A stretch of 64,000 bases of DNA from Ostrea edulis (lineage: Eukaryota), in NCBI RefSeq assembly GCF_947568905.1, contig NC_079173.1, positions 7,502,001-7,566,000 on the forward strand, given 5' to 3'. The position numbers and the translations under genes are program-made. The first letter of the stretch is position 1. The number at the start of each line of letters is the position of its first letter. The notes below the pieces were generated by a model. The model made no database searches and was not told where the DNA came from. It saw only the letters and a list, made by a program, of their open reading frames with translations. This document shows positions 54,096-64,000 of the stretch, piece after piece.

Positions 54096-54773
54096 GTAAG
54101 TTTATGTTTACACTTTAATGACAAAGAATTAATTATCATTGTTAATGACAAAGAATCAAGTATTGTAGTTAATGACAAAGAATTAAGTATTGTAGTTAAT
54201 GACAAAGAATTAAGTATTGTAGTTAATGACAAAGAATCAAGTATTGTAGTTAATGACAAAGAATTAAGTATTGTAGTTAATGGTACAAAATCAGGTATGG
54301 TATTTAATGGCAAGGGAATAGTTTGTAATTTTTTGCTACTCGTTTCAGAAGTATGTATGACAAAAATTAGAATAACGATTTATTTCTAGATAATTTTGTA
54401 TACGTAGCGAAGCTATGGATACGTATAACTATCATAAGGAAATATGTACATGTGTAGTATGATTCCGATTGTGAAAATTACCAAATAAGCCATACTCCAC
54501 GTAGAATGACATTGGTAGCTCATTCTTATTCCTTCTTGTATTTGGAAGATAACTCGGAGTCGCCACATTATAATATCAAAATCTCTTAGAAAAGACATGC
54601 TTTATAAGAACTCCTTAAACTTCCAGTTGATTGTCACTGATCGTCATGCAGGTAACAGAGAAGCATTACAATGTAACATTGTCTTCTTTTGTAAAAGGTC
54701 TGAAAATTAAACAGTTACATGCACAAAAAATGTAACCGCAAAATAGTGCTGGATATATGTCATTCTTCCCCAG

Positions 54774-54892
54774 TTAAAGCCTGCGACAACAGCAATGTAT
54801 GCAAAAATGGCGGAACTCTGCAACGTTATGGAAGATATAGGATGTATTGGAAATGTATCTGTCCTGACGGGTGGACGGAAAATATTGTAATG
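54774..54892 (+). pseudogene. EGF pseudo-exon with the same 1-bp deletion (119 bp)
   Basis: Near-identical to 53977-54095, offset 797 bp. Confidence 0.8.
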
Positions 54893-54909
54893 GTAAGTTT
54901 ATGTTTACA

Positions 54910-57535
54910 CTTTAATGACAAAGAATTAATTATCATTGTTAATGACAAAGAATCAAGTATTGTAGTTAATGACAAAGAATCAAGTATTGTAGTTAATTGC
55001 AAAGAATCAAGTATTGTAGTTAATGACAAAGAATTAAATATTGTAGTTAATGACAAAGAATTGAGTATTGTAGTTAATGTCAAGGAAACAAGTATTGTAG
55101 TTAATGACAAAGAATCAAGCATTGTAGTTACTGACAAACAATTAAGTATTGTAGTTAATGACAAAGAATCAGGTATTGTAGTTAATGACAAAGAATCAAG
55201 CATTGTAGTTACTGACAAACAATTAAGTGTTGTAGTTAATGACAAAGTATTAAGTGTTGTAGTTAATGACAAAGAATTAAGTATTGTAGTTAATGACAAA
55301 GAATTAAGTATTGTAGTTAATGACAAAGAATCAAGTGTTGTAGTTAATGACAAAGAATTAAGTATTGTAATTAATGACAAAGAATTAAGTATTGTAGTTA
55401 ATGACAAAGAATTAAGTATTGTAGTTAATGACAAAGAATTAAGTACTGTAGTTACTGAGAAAAAATCAATTATTGTAGTTAATGAGAAAGAATCATGTAT
55501 TGTAGTTAATGAGAAAGAATCAAGTATTGTAGTTAATGACAAAGAATTAAGTATTGTAGTTAATGACAAAGAATCAGGTATTGTAGTTAATGACAAAGAA
55601 TCAAGCATTGTAGTTACTGACAAACAATTAAGTGTTGTAGTTAATGACAAAGAATTAAGTATTGTAGTTAATGACAAAGAATTAAGTATTGTAGTTAATG
55701 ACAAAGAATCAAGTATTGTAGTTAATGACAAAGAATTAAGTATTGTAGTTAATGTCAAAGAATTAAGTATTGTAGTTAATGACAAAGAATTGAGTATTGT
55801 AGTTAATGCCAAAGAATCAAGTATTGTAGTTAATGACAAAGAATTAAATATTGTAGTTAATGACAAAGAATTGAGTATTGTAGTTAATGTCAAGGAAACA
55901 AGTATTGTAGTTAATGACAAAGAATCAAGCATTGTAGTTACTGACAAACAATTAAGTATTGTAGTTAATGACAAAGAATCAGGTATTGTAGTTGATGACA
56001 AAGAATCAAGCATTGTAGTTACTGACAAACAAGTAAGTGTTGTAGTTAATGACAAAGAATTAAGTGTTGTAGTTAATGACAAAGAATTAAGTGTTGTAGT
56101 TAATGACAAAGAATTAGGTATTGTAGTTAATGACAAAGAATCAAGTATTGTAGTTAATGACAAAGAATCAAGTGTTGTAGTTAATGACAAAGAATTAAGT
56201 ATTGTAATTAATGACAAAGAATTAGGTATTGTAGTTAATGACAAAGAATTAAGTATTGTAGTTAATGACAAAGAATTAAGTACTGTAGTTACTGACAAAA
56301 AATCAATTATTGTAGTTAATGAGAAAGAATGATGTATTGTAGTTAATGAGAAAGAATCAAGTATTGTAGTTAATGACAAGGAATTAAGTATTGTAGTTAA
56401 TGACAAAGAATCATGTATTGTAGTTAATGACAAAGAATCAAGCATTGTAGTTACTGACAAACAATTAAGTGTTGTAGTTAATGACAAAGAATTAAGTATT
56501 GTAGTTAATGACAAAGAATTAAGTATTGTAGTTAATGACAAAGAATCAAGTATTGTAGTTAATGACAAAGAATTAAGTATTGTAGTTAATGTCAAAGAAT
56601 TAAGTATTGTAGTTAATGACAAAGAATTGAGTATTGTAGTTAATGCCAAAGAATCAAGTATTGTAGTTAATGACAAAGAATTAAATATTGTAGTTAATGA
56701 CAAAGAATTGAGTATTGTAGTTAATGTCAAGGAAACAAGTATTGTAGTTAATGACAAAGAATCAAGCATTGTAGTTACTGACAAACAATTAAGTATTGTA
56801 GTTAATGACAAAGAATCAGGTATTGTAGTTGATGACAAAGAATCAAGCATTGTAGTTACTGACAAACAATTAAGTGTTGTAGTTAATGACAAAGAATTAA
56901 GTGTTGTAGTTAATGACAAAGAATTAAGTGTTGTAGTTAATGACAAAGAATTAGGTATTGTAGTTAATGACAAAGAATCAAGTATTGTAGTTAATGACAA
57001 AGAATCAAGTGTTGTAGTTAATGACAAAGAATTAAGTATTGTAATTAATGACAAAGAATTAGGTATTGTAGTTAATGACAAAGAATTAAGTATTGTAGTT
57101 AATGACAAAGAATTAAGTACTGTAGTTACTGACAAAAAATCAATTATTGTAGTTAATGAGAAAGAATGATGTATTGTAGTTAATGAGAAAGAATCAAGTA
57201 TTGTAGTTAATGACAAGGAATTAAGTATTGTAGTTAATGACAAAGAATCATGTATTGTAGTTAATGACAAAGAATCAAGCATTGTAGTTACTGACAAACA
57301 ATTAAGTGTTGTAGTTAATGACAAAGAATTAAGTATTGTAGTTAATGACAAAGAATTAAGTATTGTAGTTAATGACAAAGAATCAAGTATTGTAGTTAAT
57401 GACAAAGAATTAAGTATTGTAGTTAATGTCAAAGAATTAAGTATTGTAGTTAATGACAAAGAATTGAGTATTGTAGTTAATGCCAAAGAATCAAGTATTG
57501 TAGTTAATGACAAAGAATTAAGCATTGTAGTTAAT
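54910..57535. repeat. Large 27-bp minisatellite array with ~810-837-bp higher-order repeat
   Basis: The diagnostic variant tagttaatgtcaaggaaaca occurs at 55071, 55881 and 56718. Confidence 0.95.
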
Positions 57536-58038
57536 GGTACAAAATCAGGTATGGTATTTAATGGCAAGGGACTAGTTTGTAATTTTTTGTTACTCGTTTC
57601 AGAAGTATGTATGACAAAAATTAGAATAACGATTTATTTCTAGATAATTTTGTATACGTAGCGAAGCTATGGATAAGTATAACTATCATAAGGAAATATG
57701 TACATGTGTAGTATGATTCCGATTGTGAAAATTACCAAATAAGCCATACCCCACGTAGAATGACACTGGTAGCTCATTCTTATCCCTTCTTGTATTTGGA
57801 AGATAAGTCGGAATCGCCACATTATAATATCAAAATCTCTTAGAAAAGACATGCTTTATAAAAACTCCTTAAACTTCCAGTTGATTGTCACTGATCGTCA
57901 TGCAGGTAACAGAGTAGCCTTACAATTTAACATTGTCTTCTTTTGTAAAAGGTCTAAAAATTAAACGGTTACATACACACAAAAATTTTTTGAAGAGAAA
58001 CCGCAAAATAGTGCTAGATATATTTAATTCTTTTTCAG

Positions 58039-58140
58039 TTAAAGCCTGCAACAACAGCAAAGTATGCGAAAATGGCGGAACCTATACTTCCGCCGGAAAG
58101 TGCATTTGCACAGAGAGCTGGACTGGCAAAAATTGTGATG
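58039..58140 (+). CDS. EGF-like exon, intact, phase 1-1
   Basis: tttttcag|..KACNNSKVCENGGTYTSAGKCICTESWTGKNCD|gtaaag, 102 bp. Confidence 0.8.
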
Positions 58141-58444
58141 GTAAAGTTCTGTGATGTTCTAATCATTTTAATAAATGTAAATAAGAAACACAACACGTGA
58201 ATGATGAGCAACATGTCGAAGATGATCGTTACAGATGGAATGGTGTAAGAGACGTACAATTTAAATTTGCATGAACTTAGTCTGTTATCGCTATTATTAT
58301 TAAGATTATCATTTATTTTCTCTACTTTGTACGTTTTATGCGTCCCATTTCAATCATTTTCCAAGAAGATTGAAATGGATAAATTGATTCAGTGTATAAT
58401 TGTACTAACAAGGCCTGTGGGCCTCTTGTTGTTTTTATTTCCAG

Positions 58445-58528
58445 TCATTATGTGCAAAAATAACGGGACTATCACAAACAATGGGACGTGTGACTGTCAG
58501 GAAGGCTGGACTGGCGACACCTGTAATG
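58445..58528 (+). CDS. EGF-like exon, intact, phase 1-1
   Basis: ttttatttccag|..IMCKNNGTITNNGTCDCQEGWTGDTCN|gtaaag, 84 bp. The following intron start duplicates the one after 58140. Confidence 0.8.
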
Positions 58529-59811
58529 GTAAAGATCTGTGATGTTCTAATCATATTGATCAATGTAAATAAGAAAAACAACACGTGATTGATGAGCAAC
58601 ATGTCGAAGATAATCGTTACAGAAGAAAGAGTGTAAGTTATGTGCAATTCAATTTATAAAATGATTCCTTATTTGCGTGGGCTCAGACTTTCTGTGGAAG
58701 CCCTATTCTGCATTCGGCAAACATCAGAGGTTAGATGGAATCGCCCGAGGTGATCAACACTGCCTTATTCTGGTCAGCCTGTGTGTGCGTGTAACCATCA
58801 ACAGTTGTCTGGATTCCCAAATTGTATTGTCAATCCAGGCAGCCGTTTTAATATTCAAAATTCTCGAGAGGGACGTTTAAAAATATACAATCAACCAATC
58901 ATCAAAATTTACAATTCTCGAGAGGGACGTTTAAATATATACAGTCCATCAAATTCTAAACGTGAAACAGGTTATCAGTGGATGAGTGATGAGTGTACCT
59001 TTGTTAAACTCCCGACATTAGAAGTCAACACAACGGGACTTCCTGATATCATATCACATCTATTCATGGATATGATTTCAGTTTCGTTGGGGTTTTAAAA
59101 TCGTGTAAAAGGGATATCCCCTAAAATGAAGACCTCAAGACATCTATTGATTTCACACTTTCATAACACTTAGGCGTAAAAGTAAATTTCTAAAACTTAG
59201 CAATGTCCAGAGTTTACATGAAGAAACAAATTTTTCAACAACAGCAATAAATACACCAAGATTTCTGTCCCTTTCCCTACCTTTTGCTATATACCAATTG
59301 TAGACCAAACATATTACAGTAAAAGTAATTATGAATTCACGAATATTCTTTTCCTCTTCCAACCAGTTTATTCACCGATAATAATGACGTCTCCATATAC
59401 GTGAAAGATTCTAGAGCGAGCGGAACGTTAAACTATATCCAACCAACCAGGCCTACCAGATTATTACACACCAAATATCGTTTAACCGTTTTAAGTGGGA
59501 CACAAATTTGGCGGATTTGTGTTTATAGGGTATACCATTAATTTTGGTGAACCTCTTTTTATTTATCTATATAATACATGTATATGTATACTAGTATAGT
59601 TACATTTACATATTCTTATTGTGGTGAATGTTTGCGAATCGCCAGGATAAATCAAAATTATATACCCGCCAAAATTCCAGCTGTATGGTATTTGTCATAT
59701 TACTATATACAGTCTGAAATTCAATGGACTGACCACAGTTGTTCGTTGTAACCGATGTTGAACTATATAAATATATTATAGGGGAATTAATTTATTCCAG
59801 TATAATATATA

Positions 59812-60145
59812 CCGGTCCTAATAGCTTAGTGTTAGAACGTTCACTTCGTAACAGGGATGTCGTGAGTTCAATCCCCGCTCGTGCCATGGCTGTGTCAAAA
59901 CCTTGGGCGTAACCATATATAATGATTCTCCTTCGCCAAACGTTCGGCATTTTAAAATGAAAATCATATATATGATCTTTAAAATGGAGGTTCCGTGTCG
60001 CGTAAGGCGTTGGCAATTAAAAACATCCCTTACTACTAAGGCCCTGAGCGTTAAGGATACATCTAAATATGTGGTGCTTCACTTACCACTGGACACGTTT
60101 CAATGTGTGTGAAACATTCTTGACGGGACATAAAATAAACTAACA
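59812..60145 (+). mobile_element. tRNA-derived SINE
   Basis: A-box-like tagcttagtgttaga and B-box-like gagttcaatccc, central ccgtgtcgc..ggcgttggca segment and ttcttgacgggacataaaataaac tail. Confidence 0.7.
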
Positions 60146-60669
60146 ATGTGATACATAGTTCAATATAAGTGACTTCAATATGTCATTTTCAGTTTCCTCT
60201 TAATGTGCCTGTTTCCCGTGTCTACATGGAGCGACTTGTTTCTCTACACCGGCCCCTTTCTACTGTCAATGTTCCCCAGATTTTACAGGGGAAATGTGTC
60301 AAAGTAAGTAATTGTTTCTATCTTAATTTACACACATGAAGGTAGTACCACTCACTTGTAAAATCAGTTTTCACTAAGAAAAGTGAAGATCACTAACTGT
60401 GATCAATCTCAAAACTGGACCCCTGGAAATATCTGGATCAGGTGCCTAGGAGGAGTAAGCATCCCCTGTCGACCGGTCACAACCACCGTTAGCCCTATAT
60501 ATCTACTTTATTCCATTAACTTTATAAATGAAATACCCTTAATGCGAATAACCAATGATGTTTTGGACAAACACATATAATCATTGGCATATGTTTAGCA
60601 TATTCTAAAAATTAAAGGGTTAGATTGTAGGGTATACTATATATATCCTGAAAACATGCGAAATGGATG

Positions 60670-60950
60670 GTGAAGATAACGAACAGCGGTCATCTCACAA
60701 CTCCTATAAGCAATACAAAATAGAGGGTTAGGCAAACACAGACCCCTGCAATGGACACACCAGAGTTGGAATCAAGTGCCTAGGAGGAGTAAACATCCTC
60801 TGTCGATCGGTCACACCCGCCGTGAGCCCTATATCTATAGGAGGAGTAAACATCCTCTGTCGACCGGTCACACCCGCCGTGAGCCCTATATCTATAGGAG
60901 GAGTAAACATCCTCTGTCGACCGGTCACACCCGCCGTGAGCCCTATGTCT
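60670..60950 (-). mobile_element. PLE 3' UTR fragment with an internal 57-bp triplication; other fragments at ~60380-60500, 61137-61263 (+) and ~61530-61620
   Basis: aggaggagtaaacatcctctgtcga.cggtcacacccgccgtgagccctat occurs three times. Confidence 0.8.
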
Positions 60951-61886
60951 TGATAAAGTTGAGTTGTTGTTGACGGATTATATCAACTGCTTTGAATACA
61001 CGTTCCACGAAAACTACACATTATAGGCAGAAGCTGAACTTCTCTAGCTGTGCATCACTATGTTTGTGTACATGGATGCCATCTCGATTGATTTATATTC
61101 ATCAAACGATTAAAATCTATGGAAAAACAAATATATGCTTACTCCTCCTAGGCATCTGATCCCACCTATGGTGTGTCCAGGGGTCCATGTTTGCCCAACT
61201 ATCTATTTTGTATTGCTTGTAGGAGTTATGAGATTGATCACTGTTCGTTATCTTCACCTTGCATTCTTCAGTCATTTATGAATTTCTTTTCCTCAATCTC
61301 GAAACATTGTTTGAAATATAAAAGCCTCGGCTAATGCCCCATCTATTATATTTTAATACTGCATTAATTTGCTCAACCTCGGGTTTTATCCTGCAAAAAA
61401 CACGAGCTTTATTTCTTAATCAAACGTCGATGAGTAAAACGCGCCCTTTTATTATATATATCTGACCTGTAAGTCTGAAATAGCAGAAATGTACCAAGTA
61501 ATATACCTGTATGAAATGACAACGACATCCCCTGTCGAGAAGGAGTAAACATCCCCAGTTGAACGGTCAGAGTCACGTGAACCTCATATCTCGATCAGGT
61601 AGACAGAGTAAATATATACTTTGTTTAATTGATCAGTGTCTCGTTGATATAGAAAACAAACACTTTAGTGGTCTGATTTGTAGATCAAGGAGGAACTTTG
61701 TTAATATATTTGTATTATTCGAAAAATCTGAAAGGCGAATAATTGTAAAATATGTATATATCCTAACAATGACATAACATTTGTATCTCATTTCAGCTCC
61801 AATAGAGAGAGACAGATAAAAGAAGAGCATATCTAACGAAATAAAACAATATGTTTTCAGTTGTTGACTTTTTTTAATACTTACAA

Positions 61887-62205
61887 TGCAAGGTGAAGAT
61901 AACGAACAGTGATCAATCTCATAACTCCTACAAGCAATACAAAATAGATAGTTGGGCAAACACGGACCCCTGGACACACCATAGGTGGGATCAGGTGCCT
62001 AGGAGCAGTAAGCATCCCCTGTTGTCCGGTCACACCCGCCGTGAGCCCTATATCCTGATCAGGTAAACGGAGTTATCCGCAGTCAAAATCAGTGTGCCAA
62101 GAACGGCTTAACAATCGGTATGAAACACGTCAGACAGCATTTGACCCAATGCGAGGTTGTATTGACGAACTAGATCGTTATAACGACCATAGAATTTGCG
62201 AATTT
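61887..62205 (-). mobile_element. PLE 3' fragment; another degenerate piece at ~63430-63770
   Basis: Near-identical reverse complement of 7245-7557. Confidence 0.88.
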
Positions 62206-62299
62206 ACGATAATGTGGAATCGTATACTGCTATCACGGTTTAATAACTCGATGACAGCTTGATCAAAACACACGATGTAAAATCTATATATCATGTCAT

Positions 62300-62710
62300 C
62301 TGAAGAGACATTATTTGTCGAAATGCGGATCTGGTGCATCAAAATTGGTACCGTATAAGTTTTACATTATGACCCCTGGGTCGAGGCCTCTGCTGGTGGA
62401 CTGTTAGTCCCCGAGGGTCTTTACAGCCCAGTAACTATGTACTTCATTACTAGCTTGAAAATACGGATGTATATTTAATTGCTGTGATAAAATTTAGAAA
62501 TTCATTTCAAAATTAAGGATTATCTCTCCCATGCCTAGCTCTAATCCTAATTTGACTCCAGTCTTTGGCACTCTGTTTTTCCTTTTAGTTCTTATTTCGG
62601 ATTTCCAAACTTTCGGCTTCAGCATCACTGAAGAGACATTATTTGTTGAAATGCGCATCTGGTTCATCAAAATTGGTACCGTGTAAGTTTTACAAATGCG
62701 CATCTGGTGC
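62300..62710 (+). mobile_element. Retrozyme-like monomer bracketed by two hammerhead cores 328 nt apart (CTGAAGA at 62300 and 62628), plus a third hammerhead 3' half at 62694-62710
   Basis: First core has stem III ATGCGGAT and lacks the 5' stem I strand. Second core has a G-U at the base of stem II and TGGTTC in stem I. Confidence 0.85.
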
Positions 62711-63807
62711 TACATGCCAAAGATGTGTTTGTCATATCTGGCTGATTTCCTAGTTTGACTTTAACAGTGCACATCTCGGATATTCATATCTATTGTGGGT
62801 ACCTGTAAAATGCGAAACGAAATCGAAACAAAATCTGCCGAAACGAAACATACCGAAACGAAACAGATTGTAGAAGCAAACTGTGTAATCATGATAATAT
62901 AAAAAAGGGTATCTCAGGTCCCTGTGAAAGCTACCACATACACTGTACATGTATAAATGGAATTTGATTCCCTGTTGATGTGGTCTTTCGGGTTGACTGA
63001 TACATTTTAAGCGGTCCATCGGTTAGCATCAAACATTGTTTGAAGAAGCTGGTGTCGAAGAAGGTTGAAAGCAGAATGACGTTTAATCGTTTAATCTCTT
63101 ATTATATTTCTATCTGTGAGTACTATCAATAATCGAAAAAAATTAAATAGTATACCATGTTATATGAATCCAATTCGGTAATACATATACATGTATACAT
63201 GTATTATTAAAAAGTATTATTGATATGCAGTATTTCTGACAATAACTCTATATATTTGTTGCAAAAACGGAGAATGAAAACGGAACGGAAAACGAAAAAT
63301 ATTTGATGCAAAGATATCAGGAGGAGGTCAGCAACCGAAAGGCCTATGAACAAGGGAAGCAGAAATTACAAAGAGAACAGGAAGACATATATGTATTCAG
63401 AATTCACATATATACATATATAGACTATAGACTGTTGAAACCCCTGTAACATCAAATTATTTGTCAATAGCTTGCCTCCATTTAGAAATTGATGATACGC
63501 AGAACAAGCTCGTATATATAAAATTGGTTGAGAGACATAAACACCATATGCAGGGTGACTTCCGCTTCTCCAACGCCATATTCCTGTAGCAACAATCAAT
63601 TATCAACTGATTCGATACACGAGAGATTGTTCTGTGCATGATCAATTTTAAATCGATGCAGACTACTGAAAGGTGAAGACAATGAACAGTGATTAATCTC
63701 ATAACTCCTTCAAAAATACAAAATAGAGAGTTGGGCAAACATTGGCCACTGAATATACTAGAGGTACGGTAACTCATATAATTTTATATTTCTTTACTTA
63801 TATAGAG

Positions 63808-64000
63808 CGTTCGTTTCGTAACCAGGAGGTCGTGAGTTCGAGCCCCGTTCGTGCCATGACCGCGTCAAACCTAAGACGTTAAACTAAACATATAGAAGTG
63901 AAAATCACGGATCTTTCGGATATGACCATAAAAATGAAGGTCCCGTGTCGCGGCAGGCGTTGGCACGATAACGAACCCTCGCTGCTACGGCCCTGAATGC
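63808..64000 (+). mobile_element. tRNA-derived SINE (runs off the window end)
   Basis: B-box gagttcgagccc. Homologous to 59812-60145. Confidence 0.7.

Noticed and set aside
44220-57535. CRISPR-like regular repeats
   Set aside because: The units are directly adjacent with no unique spacers, the context is eukaryotic, and there are no cas genes.
54826-57567. 913-aa minus-strand ORF and 537-aa plus-strand ORF (also 44212-45111, 44609-45100 and similar)
   Set aside because: These are translations of a 27-bp minisatellite that is stop-free in one frame per strand. The plus frame is broken by stops, the arrays begin inside introns, and one is split by a transposon.
59812-59890. Genuine tRNA genes at 59812, 63808 and 46215
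   Set aside because: A/B-box-like motifs are present, but the cloverleaf is degenerate and the first two continue into SINE bodies.

Overview
AT-rich eukaryotic genomic DNA. The repeat families suggest a bivalve, probably an oyster (inference, not database-confirmed). The window is mostly mobile-element debris and duplications. It contains: a decayed Tx1/L1-clade LINE ORF2 (166-~4470); about 20 3'-end fragments of a Penelope-like element whose RT thumb ends the ORF (Naiad-like layout); four loci of a ~330-nt non-coding element carrying a minimal type I hammerhead ribozyme (retrozyme-like); a decayed Tc1 element with TIRs; an intron-containing DUF6589/Academ-like transposase pseudogene; a 6.1-kb TTAA-flanked TIR element with a nested pogo remnant; and SINEs, MITEs and several minisatellites. 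Two host-like loci stand out. First, a ~8.2-kb tandem segmental repeat (17.25-37.28 kb, ~2.4 units) in which every unit keeps a 185-bp minus-strand exon encoding a signal-peptide-like stretch plus a His/Gly-rich peptide. Second, a plus-strand series of symmetric phase-1 EGF exons (44-58.5 kb) multiplied together with a 27-bp intronic minisatellite; three middle copies are inactivated. The long low-complexity ORFs in the track come from that minisatellite. All alignments and RNA folds were done by eye. Coordinates are exact for splice sites, TIRs, TSDs and ribozymes, and approximate for degenerate repeat edges.
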